Positions 1 through 8,888 of a stretch of DNA of 64,000 nucleotides are shown in pieces (position 1 is the stretch's first letter; every line of letters starts with the position of its first letter). This DNA comes from Pontiella sp. Lineage in GTDB: Bacteria > Verrucomicrobiota > Kiritimatiellia > Kiritimatiellales > Pontiellaceae. The position numbers and the translations under genes were made by a program. The DNA lies in contig JBNKHE010000010.1 of NCBI GenBank assembly GCA_050290185.1, forward strand, positions 32,001 through 96,000, read 5' to 3'. The notes beneath the pieces were generated by a model. That model was not told where the DNA came from. It did not search any database and saw only the letters and a program-made list of their open reading frames with translations.

Positions 1-601
1 GGGTGCCTTCCAGTGAATTGTTTAAATAGAGGCTCAGCGTATTCCCATCACTAACCGCCTTCACCGTGTACCATGTGTCAGCTGCGTTAACGGTTGTACC
101 GTCTAGTATCCAGCGGTTACCGGCCGTATCTGCAAAGTTGATGCGCATGATGTTGCCAGCGGTCTTCTGCAGGTACAGTGCGGCCGCATTCACGTCACCG
201 CCTAAATTATAACCGTCTTTACCGACGACTGTTTTGTACGCGCCGATGTCGGATGAAGCAAAGACAACGTCGGCTTCGATTGACCATTGGGCCAAAGCAC
301 CAACGTTACTGCCTCCGAGCTGCAGGTCGCCGGTGGTATGGAGGCCGTCCCAGCTTGAGACCTTATCGGCTGACAGGGTTGTGTTTCCGAATATGTTCTG
401 GGCTACGGAATAATCAGCACCGTAACTATAGAGATTATTGCCATTACCCGAACCGTCATCGAAATAACCACCACTCAGCGCTTGTCCATCCGTGGCGGCG
501 CTGCCATTGATGCTTTCAAAATCCCAGCTTGCGATCACCGCAGCATGGGAACTTACCGCAGCGAAGGCCGTTACCAGCCCCATTGCTATTAGTTTCTTCA
601 T
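1..601 (-). CDS. Secreted LamG/ConA-like beta-sandwich protein, partial (C-terminus runs off the window)
   Basis: Absent from the ORF track because it has no stop in the window. My translation from ATG at 601 (RBS AAGGAG) gives MKKLIAMGLVTAFAAVSSHA-AVIASWDFE...WSIEADVVF...KTVVGKDG...LYLQKT...TWYTVKAVSDGNTLSLYLN: a signal peptide plus a LamG-like pattern. Confidence 0.75.
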   Translation of the reverse strand, partial: MKKLIAMGLVTAFAAVSSHAAVIASWDFESINGSAATDGQALSGGYFDDGSGNGNNLYSYGADYSVAQNIFGNTTLSADKVSSWDGLHTTGDLQLGGSNVGALAQWSIEADVVFASSDIGAYKTVVGKDGYNLGGDVNAAALYLQKTAGNIMRINFADTAGNRWILDGTTVNAADTWYTVKAVSDGNTLSLYLNNSLEGT

Positions 602-623
602 TTTCTTTCTCCTTATTTTTTCG

Positions 624-650
624 CCCGCCGCCGGACCATCCGGCGGCGGG
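624..650. other. Perfect 12-bp GC-rich intergenic hairpin (processing, stability or termination element)
   Basis: CCCGCCGCCGGA-CCA-TCCGGCGGCGGG lies between the two minus-strand genes, just upstream of the RBS. There is no U-tract 3' of it on the coding strand. Confidence 0.6.
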
Positions 651-669
651 AAAAATTATTTGGGTTGGA

Positions 670-2385
670 TTATTCGCCGTAGACGCGGAAGAATTCCGCC
701 GGGTCTCCGCTGACCGGGATGATGGTGCTCTTGCCCGCCCCGCCGCTCAGACCAGTTGCGCCGGCAACCGGATTCCAAGTGGGCGAAGTCAGGCTTGTTT
801 TGCTCTCGATCCGGTAGGTACCGACGGTGTCGGAATCCCAGTTGATCGTCACGTTTCCGCCGGAAACCGCAACCGAGTTGATGGTCGGGGCGAATCCGGG
901 ACCGCCGGAATGTTCAACCACCTGTATGGCTGCGAATCCCCCGTTGGCACTAACCATTTTGATGTCGATCTGTCCGGCGACGCTGGGTGTCAGGCCGGTG
1001 AAGACGACATAGTTGCCGTTGGAGTTACTGCCATCGACGATATGCGAATAGTCTTCGTCGGAATACTGGATGTTGGCTCGCACCGGTGTCATGGTGAGGT
1101 TCGTCACGGAGCCCGTTCCTTCGGTAATGGTGAAGGTGGCGGGATCCTCAGTCCATCTCCACGTGGAGTAGACATAGAGGTCGTAGGTGGCATTGGGCTT
1201 AAGTCCGGACAGTTCCACGTTTCCGCCGTTTGTGAATGCCACCGAGCCATACCATCCCTGGAAGAGGCTCAGGTATGCCGCATCCGTATTTCTGGCAAAG
1301 TCGTGCTCCGCGCCATACCAGCTCAGGCCGATTGCATTGTTGGTGTTTCCGTCCGCATCGTACATCTCATAGGGCGTAGCGGGCGTGGAAGCCGTGACGC
1401 CAGGGGCGAGGAAATTGTTCCACACATTGGAGCCGGAAGTTCCCGCCGCGAGAACCAGTCCGTCGGCAACTTCTCTTGCGTTGCCTGTGCTCCCTGCGAA
1501 ATTGATGTTGTACAACACCCCTGCGGCCTGCGGAGGAATGGCAGCGACCTGGAAGGTCCAGGTGTTGGTCATTGATTCCGTCGAACCGACAGCTACTACT
1601 TGCCCCGTGTGAACGCCGATACTGAGTTCGGTTGCCGCGTAACTAACGGTATTCGTAGTTCCGGAAGGCGTACTGTTCGTTGCGACGGCCATGCCATCCA
1701 GAGACAACGTTGCCGAAACCAATGCGTCGTTTACGTCAACGATGGTGGCCTCGACGGTCTGGTTTGTTTCGGTCGACTTTTCCGTAGGGGAAACCGAGAT
1801 CGCGAACGGATCGAGACGGATCGAAAGCTCATCGAAGTTCACATGGTTATCTACACTCACAACGCGAACACCGAGTGTCTGACCAACAGACCCGGGAGTC
1901 GCAACAATGCGGTCGGTATATTCGGTCCAGTCAGAGGTGAGCGTGGGAGTCGTGAACGAGCCGATCACATTGGTAGAAGGGTCCGTGCCATAGAACAGAG
2001 TGACGGTCATGCTTGGTGTCTGAGTTGTATTCCATCTTTTTGCAAAAGCACTAATGGTATACTCATCCCCTGCCTGAATCACATAGGAACTGAGGTTATA
2101 AGCCCCATTTCCAGCGGCCATAAAGGCAGCATATTCTTGATAAGGTCCCCACCAGGCTCCTTCGTATTCAGTCCCTGCATCGGTAATTGTGCCGTAATCC
2201 TGCCAGCCAGGAACGTCATAAGCAGAGCCATTCAAGCCATCAAAGCCTTTGAATGCGGGACCACTCGCGGAAGTAGACGCATCAAAATCAAGGTTTGTAA
2301 ACGTCGACGAGATGTCTGTTGCCTGCGCGCTTGATATCGCAAAAAGCGCGCCCGCCAATAATGTTGCATAAGTACTTCGCTTCAT
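670..2385 (-). CDS. Secreted multi-beta-sandwich protein (about 571 aa; CBM-like and Ig-like modules, short C-terminal Ig-like domain)
   Basis: Likely start MKRSTYATLLAGALFAISSAQA at 2385 with RBS AAGGAG; the ORF-track extension to 2901 overlaps the GH43 gene. Thr/Ser/Gly-rich beta domains, ending ...GDPAEFFRVYGE. Confidence 0.75.
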   Translation of the reverse strand: MKRSTYATLLAGALFAISSAQATDISSTFTNLDFDASTSASGPAFKGFDGLNGSAYDVPGWQDYGTITDAGTEYEGAWWGPYQEYAAFMAAGNGAYNLSSYVIQAGDEYTISAFAKRWNTTQTPSMTVTLFYGTDPSTNVIGSFTTPTLTSDWTEYTDRIVATPGSVGQTLGVRVVSVDNHVNFDELSIRLDPFAISVSPTEKSTETNQTVEATIVDVNDALVSATLSLDGMAVATNSTPSGTTNTVSYAATELSIGVHTGQVVAVGSTESMTNTWTFQVAAIPPQAAGVLYNINFAGSTGNAREVADGLVLAAGTSGSNVWNNFLAPGVTASTPATPYEMYDADGNTNNAIGLSWYGAEHDFARNTDAAYLSLFQGWYGSVAFTNGGNVELSGLKPNATYDLYVYSTWRWTEDPATFTITEGTGSVTNLTMTPVRANIQYSDEDYSHIVDGSNSNGNYVVFTGLTPSVAGQIDIKMVSANGGFAAIQVVEHSGGPGFAPTINSVAVSGGNVTINWDSDTVGTYRIESKTSLTSPTWNPVAGATGLSGGAGKSTIIPVSGDPAEFFRVYGE

Positions 2386-2510
2386 ATTCCACTCCTTTTT
2401 CCTTTTCCACTCATCGCTCAACCTTCCAGGGACCATCCGTTGGAAGCCATCTCTATCTAAATCCATTGTCGCTTTTAGATTTCCTCTTGGAGGTTTTCCA
2501 TCTCTTTTCG

Positions 2511-2525
2511 AGTTACCTAGTTTAC
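2511..2525 (-). promoter_or_regulatory. Conserved 15-bp motif GTAAACTAGGTAACT, copy 1
   Basis: The plus strand reads AGTTACCTAGTTTAC, the exact reverse complement of the copy at 6131. It lies upstream of the gene starting at 2385. Confidence 0.65.
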
Positions 2526-2569
2526 GCGTATGAACGTCCGGTTCTGTTTTCACGGTCTTGCTGCGTGTA

Positions 2570-3718
2570 TCAACCCCCGGGCTCGATCGTCTGCAGTGTT
2601 GTGGTTTGGGCGGCTTGAACCGCATTGCCAAAGACGTCCAGATCCCACTCGTTGTGCCAAACGACCTTGATCGTTTCGCATCCATCGGGATGGTGGTCGA
2701 ATTCGATGGGCAACCAGAGATAGCGGCCGTTGATGGCGTTTTCGGGGGTCCAGCGGTCGGCCATGAAGATAAAGGCGTCGGGATTTCCCGCAACGGGCAG
2801 AACAAAGGTTCCCTGTCCGCAGAAGGTGCGGTAGTCGTCGTGTCCCGTGCAGGGGTTGTCGCGCTCCATCCAGGGGCCGAAGATTGACGTGGCAACGGCA
2901 TAGCGGGCGGCGTTGGGCTTCCATCCGGTGCAGCCGGAGGCGATGAAGTGGTATTTTCCCTGGTGCTTGAAGAGGGTCGGCGCCTCCATCCAGCGGCCCA
3001 CGAAGGCGCGGGCGAATTTTCCGGTATGGTCGAGATAGTCGTCCGTCAGCTCGGCGATGTGGGTCGTGCTGTTAAACTCGGAGGAGTAGATGTGGTAGGC
3101 GGTTCCATCGTCGTCGACGAACAGGGTCATGTCGCGCGACATCTGTCCTTCGAGGTAACCACGTCCAAGCAGGTTAAGTGAATCGGGGTGGTCGGGCAGG
3201 GCTGCTCCGCCGTAATAGGTTTCCATGACTTCCGGTCGCACCGGTTCCTTGTGGAAATCCTGCACGTTGATCGGCCAGACGCCTTGGTTGGGTCGGAAGC
3301 TGCGGACATAGGTGTAGGGACCGGTCGGGGTGTCGGAGACGGCGATGCCGCACAGGGCTGCCCGGTATCCATAATCCTTCAGTTCGTGATGGAACCACAT
3401 CACGAACTTGCCGGTATTGGCATTATGGATCACTTTGGGGCGTTCGATAATGCATCCAGCGGTCAATGGGTGATCCGGATCGTCGTTGACGACGGGAAGG
3501 GCGATGCCTTCGTCGGTCCAGTTGTAGAGATCGGTGGAGCTGTAGACATGGACTCCGACATGGGCCACGTTGCCGGCTTCGCCAGCGATCTTGTGCTCGC
3601 CGAACCAGTAGTAGGTTCCGTCGTGAAAGAGTACTCCACCTCCGTGGGCATTGATGTGCTCGTTATTGTTGTCCAGCCAAAGATGATCGGGTTTAAAGTT
3701 GTAGTATGGATGTGCCAT
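2570..3718 (-). CDS. GH43 glycoside hydrolase, subfamily 24-like (exo-beta-1,3-galactanase type), no signal peptide
   Basis: HINAHGGGVLFHDGTYYWFGE, IIERPKVIHN, SRDMTLFVDDDG, MEAPTLFK, SGCTGWKPN, IFMADRW motifs. Confidence 0.85.
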   Translation of the reverse strand: MAHPYYNFKPDHLWLDNNNEHINAHGGGVLFHDGTYYWFGEHKIAGEAGNVAHVGVHVYSSTDLYNWTDEGIALPVVNDDPDHPLTAGCIIERPKVIHNANTGKFVMWFHHELKDYGYRAALCGIAVSDTPTGPYTYVRSFRPNQGVWPINVQDFHKEPVRPEVMETYYGGAALPDHPDSLNLLGRGYLEGQMSRDMTLFVDDDGTAYHIYSSEFNSTTHIAELTDDYLDHTGKFARAFVGRWMEAPTLFKHQGKYHFIASGCTGWKPNAARYAVATSIFGPWMERDNPCTGHDDYRTFCGQGTFVLPVAGNPDAFIFMADRWTPENAINGRYLWLPIEFDHHPDGCETIKVVWHNEWDLDVFGNAVQAAQTTTLQTIEPGG

Positions 3719-3793
3719 TGTGTCGTTTCCTATCGTTTGAGGTGGCGTGGGATATCTCTATTACAAAAGGTGTGTTATTCATAGCGAACCGGC

Positions 3794-3808
3794 GGTTACC
3801 AATTTTAC
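3794..3808 (-). promoter_or_regulatory. Motif variant GTAAAATTGGTAACC, copy 2
   Basis: Plus strand GGTTACCAATTTTAC, upstream of the GH43_24-like gene. Confidence 0.5.
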
Positions 3809-3863
3809 ACCACGTCATGAAACAGGGTGGCGGTTGATCGCCAAGATGGATTGCAATCGTGTG

Positions 3864-3878
3864 GTAAACTTGTTAACT
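3864..3878 (+). promoter_or_regulatory. Motif variant GTAAACTTGTTAACT, copy 3
   Basis: Matches copy 1 at 13 of 15 positions; lies upstream of the regulator gene. Confidence 0.55.
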
Positions 3879-3944
3879 TGGTCTTTGGTTCGGGAGCAAA
3901 CGTTCATGAATAACCGTGCTCCCAGGCAGGGAAAGGAAGAAAAG

Positions 3945-6104
3945 ATGCCACCACATAGGGTTAAGCTGCGTGATATAGCCGAAGCACTTGGGGTGTCGCT
4001 GGCTACGGTTTCGTTGGCCTTGCGCGACCATACACGGATTTCCGATGCGATGCGTGAGCGCGTGCGCAAAAAGGCGGAGGAGATGGGCTATGTGCCGGAC
4101 CCGCGCATGGCAGCGTTGGCGAGCTACCGCAAGGATAGCAAGGCAAAGCCGAATCCGGTGACCTTGGCCTGGCTGAATCCATCGGCTAATCCCGAGAGTT
4201 TATATCGGTTTAAGGAATTTGCGCTGTACCGGGAGGGTGCATCCGAAGCTGCAAGCCGGCTTGGATTCCACTTGGAGGAGTTTGTGCTCACAGGGGGAGT
4301 GACTCCCCGTTCATTTGTGGATGACTTGAAGGCGCGATGCATCGAGGGCATTCTCGTGACCCCCCATCCTGATTCCGTGTTCGACTTGTCGGAGATCCCG
4401 GCATCGGATTTTACCATTGTTCGGCTCGGGCTTGCGTTGGATAAGCCTATGTACCATTCCATTACGGCGAACCATGAGGGCAACGGGGAGCTGGCGTTTA
4501 GGAAAGTGCGCGAAAAGGGGTACGAGCGCATCGGGTTTGTTACCGAGCAGCAAATACGGCTGCCGTTTGGTGCAGGGGTGTATTGGGAACAGAAGGAATG
4601 TCCGAAATCGCAGAAGGTACCGCTGCTTCTGTACCCTTCGGCGGATGAATCGGAGCAACTGGCGTTGTTATCCGGCTGGATTGACAAAGAGCAGCCTGAC
4701 GCCATCATAACGGATCTTCCACAGATCGTGGCGATGCTTGCCCAATTGGGAATCCGTGTTCCAGAGGATATCGCATTGGCCACCACCAGTATTCACGACA
4801 CCCCGATCAATGCAGGCATTGAGCAGCATTCCCAGGAAGTCGGGCGCTTGGCATTGTTGACCTTGGTATCGCTGTTGAATGAAGCGGATCGAGGGAGAGA
4901 CAGTATCCAAAAGCAGACCGTGGTGCAGGGCGAGTGGGTGGATGGAAGCATGTTGCCGTCGCGTATTCCGGAGAAGCAGGGTGCGGTGGAGAAGTCTTCA
5001 CCGGTGAGGGCGCAACCGAAGGCGGTGAAACGAAGGGATGTGCCAGCGAAAAGGGTGACGATGCGCGACATTGCCAGGGAAGTGGGGGTGACGCATGTCA
5101 CGGTTTCGCTGGCCTTGCGCAACCACCCGCGGATTTCGGAATCGATGCGCACCCGCATCCGCAGCAAGGCGGAGTCCATGGGGTATGTTTCCGATCCGAT
5201 GCTTGCGGCGATGCAGAATGTTTGCCGGGCCGAGAGTGAAAAGAACATCCAGTCGGAGCTGGCATGGTTCAACGTGTGGAAAGATCCGGAGAAACTGTAT
5301 TCCTACCACGAATTCGAACAGTACTGGAAGGGTGCGCAGGAAAGTGTCCGGCGGTATGGGTTCCATCTGGAGGAATATGTCGTCAAGGACTATTCCCCTC
5401 AACGGCTTGACCGGATTTTGAAAACCCGGAACATCCGGGGCATTCTCGTCCCACCCATACCACAGCCGTCCATCATCGATCTGAAGTCCTTCCCCTGGTG
5501 CGACTACACAACGGTCCGGTACGGTACGAACAACGATGTGCCTACGCCTTTTTCCATCGCGAGCGACCAGGAGGCCAATGGGGAAATTGCGCTCAACCAA
5601 GCGTGGCAACTCGGATATCGCCGGATCGGATTTGTCGGCGATCATGCCGTGCAGCGCACCTTTGGCGCTGGTTTCTACTGGGCATTGCGTATGCTGCCCC
5701 GGGATAGCCAACTGCCGCTGTTCTTCCTTCCGCTGGCCGATCCGGCACAGTACCGGAAGAAGCTGGCCGCCTGGATCGATAAGGAACGGCCTGACGCGAT
5801 TATCACCGACAATAGCGAACTTCCGCAACTACTCAGCGATCTGGGGATCCGCGTTCCCGACGACATTGCCTTGGCGACCACCAGCATTCACGACACCCCC
5901 ATAGATGCGGGAATCGACCAGCATTGCAGCGAGATTGGCCGTATGGGGGTGGTCTCTCTGATGTCGCATCTCAACAGTGGTCGATCGGGCGGATGCCCGA
6001 TCGAAAACCAGATCCGGGTAGAGGGAGAGTGGACCAACGGCGGCATGATGCCATCCCGGTTGTCGTCCGAGCCTGTCGTGCCGGAAATCCAAGGGACATC
6101 ATAG
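3945..6104 (+). CDS. LacI-family regulator containing two full LacI units (HTH plus ligand-binding domain, twice)
   Basis: HTH1 VKLRDIAEALGVSLATVSLALRDH, HTH2 VTMRDIAREVGVTHVTVSLALRNH. Both units end in the near-identical GIRVP(E/D)DIALATTSIHDTPI. Start chosen at ATG 3945; 3906 is an alternative. Confidence 0.9.
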   Translation: MPPHRVKLRDIAEALGVSLATVSLALRDHTRISDAMRERVRKKAEEMGYVPDPRMAALASYRKDSKAKPNPVTLAWLNPSANPESLYRFKEFALYREGASEAASRLGFHLEEFVLTGGVTPRSFVDDLKARCIEGILVTPHPDSVFDLSEIPASDFTIVRLGLALDKPMYHSITANHEGNGELAFRKVREKGYERIGFVTEQQIRLPFGAGVYWEQKECPKSQKVPLLLYPSADESEQLALLSGWIDKEQPDAIITDLPQIVAMLAQLGIRVPEDIALATTSIHDTPINAGIEQHSQEVGRLALLTLVSLLNEADRGRDSIQKQTVVQGEWVDGSMLPSRIPEKQGAVEKSSPVRAQPKAVKRRDVPAKRVTMRDIAREVGVTHVTVSLALRNHPRISESMRTRIRSKAESMGYVSDPMLAAMQNVCRAESEKNIQSELAWFNVWKDPEKLYSYHEFEQYWKGAQESVRRYGFHLEEYVVKDYSPQRLDRILKTRNIRGILVPPIPQPSIIDLKSFPWCDYTTVRYGTNNDVPTPFSIASDQEANGEIALNQAWQLGYRRIGFVGDHAVQRTFGAGFYWALRMLPRDSQLPLFFLPLADPAQYRKKLAAWIDKERPDAIITDNSELPQLLSDLGIRVPDDIALATTSIHDTPIDAGIDQHCSEIGRMGVVSLMSHLNSGRSGGCPIENQIRVEGEWTNGGMMPSRLSSEPVVPEIQGTS

Positions 6105-6130
6105 GACTCTTCAAGGAACGGAAACATTCT

Positions 6131-6145
6131 GTAAACTAGGTAACT
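6131..6145 (+). promoter_or_regulatory. Motif GTAAACTAGGTAACT, copy 4, upstream of the CAZyme cluster
   Basis: Exact match to copy 1. Confidence 0.65.
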
Positions 6146-6350
6146 TTCATTATGTTCGCGTCGGCAAGCCTATTTGATATACATCTGTTTTCTCATAGGT
6201 TTTCTTCCTCCATAATGGAGGGGCTGGCCCGGTTATCGTTGGATAGCCGGGTTCGTTTTCCTATTGAAGGAAATCCGGGATGCCCGGCAAGTGACACTAT
6301 AGGGGCTCGTTTTTTGGTGATTCGAAAACGGATAAGGTGGGGTAGATTAA

Positions 6351-8888
6351 ATGAATGATGCAAAGCGCTTCAAAATCAAGGCAGGGCTTTTCGCAGGTAT
6401 CGGTCTTTCGATGGTGTTTGCGGCGACTTCAGCATGTACTGCGGATAAGGCGAATGGTCTGAATAGGCCATCGGGCGTAGCCCAGTATCTTCCGCATCCG
6501 GAACGCATCCGTTACGACGGACACTGTTTCACGATCGAAGGGCAGGACGTGTTTATCCGCAGCGCGGAATTCCAATATTTCCGCACACCGCGTGCGTTGT
6601 GGCGCGACCGTTTCCAGAAAATCAAGGACGCCGGCTTCAACACCGTCGATACCTATGTGCCATGGAACTGGCACGAGCAGCAGATGCCCGACAGTCTCGA
6701 TGACTATTCCAAGGTGGACCTGTCCGAAATCGAAGCCTGGCTGGACATGGCGCAAAACGAGTTTGGCTTCTACACCATTGTCCGCCCTGGACCATTCATC
6801 TGCGCCGAGTGGGCCGGCGGCGGTTATCCGCGCTGGCTGGCGAAGTTCTGTCCCTTCACCGGCAAGGATTTCTGGTTGCGCAGCGGCGATTCGGAGCATA
6901 TTGCCTGGAGTGTCCATTGGTACAACGCCGTTTGCAAGCTGTTTGCCAGGGAACAGCTCACCCGCAAGCCGGTAGGCGACAAGGGCATCATCATGGTGCA
7001 GATCGAAAACGAATTCGACCATTACAAGGGCCCCGATAAACCCGACCTGATGCGCGCCCTGTACAATGCCGTGAAGGATTCGGGCGTCGACGTTCCGATC
7101 TTTACCTGCATGACTCGCGAGTGCCGCGCAAGCAATGATCCGGTGCTGTCGCAGGTGTTCGATTCCGACAACTACTATGTGGGTCTTTCCGATGCCCCGA
7201 CCTGTGCGCATCGCATGATGACGCTGAAAGCAACCCAGCCGGACGTGCCGGGTTTCGTCACCGAACTGCAGGGCGGCTGGTTTTCGCTGGTCGGCGGTTC
7301 ACTCGCCGAAGAGCACTATTCCGACGAACGTCACTACAACGCCATCAGTTTAATGTCGTTGCTCGGCGGCGCAGCTGGACTGAACTCCTACGTGTTTGTC
7401 GGCGGAACGCATTTCGGCGGCTGGCAGGCCCGTGGACAGACGACGACCTACGACTACAACGCCGCCATCCGCGAGAGCGGTGCGCGCAGTCCAAAATACG
7501 TTGCAGCCGCCGGCGTCAACGAGTTCATCCGCGACAACGAGGCGCAACTGTTACGCGCCAACGGCGGGCCGTGCGAACTGCAGGGTGCGTCGACCAATCT
7601 GTTCGGCGGCGTGCGCGTCGGACCGGACGGAACGATGTTCGTTTTCCTCAACAATACCGATCCTGAAAATCCCGTTTCCGGTGAAGTCACGGTCGTGCCG
7701 GGAAAAATCGTAATGTCGGGCGAACCGGTCTACAACATCGACCAGGAAGGACACCGCGAACTGATCAAAACGGATGACGCGTCGGCGCATTCCATCGATG
7801 TTCCGCCCTTCGAGGTGGAGTACGAACTCGGCGCGCTCGGCACAAAGGTGCTCGTCATTCCTCCGGAGAAAACACCGGCGGAAGGCGTCTGGTATCCCAA
7901 GCCGCAAGAACCCATCGCGCGTCCGGCCGTGTTGCCCGCGCCAGTGCGCATCGCCGCGGCGCTCAAGCGCAACGACCCGCTCGACGGGCAATGGATGCCG
8001 TTGGACGGAAAATCGCTGCCGGAACTCGGCGTGAATGATCAACGATACGTGCTCTACCGCGCCCGGTTTTCACTGGCATCCGGCCAGGCGGAGAAGCTGA
8101 ACAAACTGTTGATCAACATGTATACCCGCGACCTGGTTTTCGCGCAGGTCAACGGCAAGATCGCCAAGCGGCTTCATCCGAGCGATGAATATGCCGCCGC
8201 GGCCACGCGTAACAAGGCGACCTCGTTCGACCGCATCCGGCCCGACGACTTCGACAACCGTTTCGATACCGAAGGCCTGCTGCATACCGGCGATAACGAA
8301 ATCGTACTGCTCTACGAAAACATCGGGTTCGAGCACGGCTACATCCCGATGGAAGAGCTGAGCGGTATCCGGATGGCGGGCCTTTCGGAAAACGAAACGG
8401 CCATTGAACAACCGCTCGACTTGCAGGTTGCGCTGCATACCGGTGGCGTCGCCGCCGGCTGGACGCAGGCAGGTTTTGATGCAAAGGATTGGGCGAACGT
8501 CGCGCTCGACATCAAGGATTTCATTCCGCGCAAGGGCAACAATATCCAGCCCAAGGGGAATCACGATGCCCTGATGACGTGGTACCGACTGGAGTTTGAA
8601 TTGCCGGCTACTCCCGAAGGCAAATGGATTCCCTGGCGGTTGCTGATCAATGCTTCCGGAACCGGTTACATGTGGCTCAACGGCCATGACATCGGCCGCC
8701 ATTGGGGGGTCGGTCCGCAGCGGGAATTCTACCTGCCCGAATGCTGGCTAAATTTCGGAAAAGGGAATAAAAACGTGCTCGTGATGGGCCTGAGCCAAGC
8801 CATGAACGGCGCGGTACTCCACGCCGCCGAGGTTTCACCCTATCCCGATGCCGCTGAACTCTTGCCATACAAGGATGAGGAAAAATGA
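6351..8888 (+). CDS. GH35 beta-galactosidase, secreted, with C-terminal beta-sandwich domains
   Basis: YFRTPRALW...GFNTVDTYVPWNWHE, RPGPFICAEW, QIENEF, TELQGGWF, TTYDYNAAIRE, GYMWLNGHDIGRHW..GPQ. Confidence 0.9.
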   Translation: MNDAKRFKIKAGLFAGIGLSMVFAATSACTADKANGLNRPSGVAQYLPHPERIRYDGHCFTIEGQDVFIRSAEFQYFRTPRALWRDRFQKIKDAGFNTVDTYVPWNWHEQQMPDSLDDYSKVDLSEIEAWLDMAQNEFGFYTIVRPGPFICAEWAGGGYPRWLAKFCPFTGKDFWLRSGDSEHIAWSVHWYNAVCKLFAREQLTRKPVGDKGIIMVQIENEFDHYKGPDKPDLMRALYNAVKDSGVDVPIFTCMTRECRASNDPVLSQVFDSDNYYVGLSDAPTCAHRMMTLKATQPDVPGFVTELQGGWFSLVGGSLAEEHYSDERHYNAISLMSLLGGAAGLNSYVFVGGTHFGGWQARGQTTTYDYNAAIRESGARSPKYVAAAGVNEFIRDNEAQLLRANGGPCELQGASTNLFGGVRVGPDGTMFVFLNNTDPENPVSGEVTVVPGKIVMSGEPVYNIDQEGHRELIKTDDASAHSIDVPPFEVEYELGALGTKVLVIPPEKTPAEGVWYPKPQEPIARPAVLPAPVRIAAALKRNDPLDGQWMPLDGKSLPELGVNDQRYVLYRARFSLASGQAEKLNKLLINMYTRDLVFAQVNGKIAKRLHPSDEYAAAATRNKATSFDRIRPDDFDNRFDTEGLLHTGDNEIVLLYENIGFEHGYIPMEELSGIRMAGLSENETAIEQPLDLQVALHTGGVAAGWTQAGFDAKDWANVALDIKDFIPRKGNNIQPKGNHDALMTWYRLEFELPATPEGKWIPWRLLINASGTGYMWLNGHDIGRHWGVGPQREFYLPECWLNFGKGNKNVLVMGLSQAMNGAVLHAAEVSPYPDAAELLPYKDEEK

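Noticed and set aside
529..2334. Plus-strand ORFs of 348 aa and 244 aa
   Set aside because: Antisense shadows of the well-formed secreted protein 670..2385, with no recognisable motifs.
2386..2901. N-terminal extension of the 743-aa ORF
   Set aside because: It overlaps the GH43 gene in another frame; the RBS and signal peptide point to a start at 2385.
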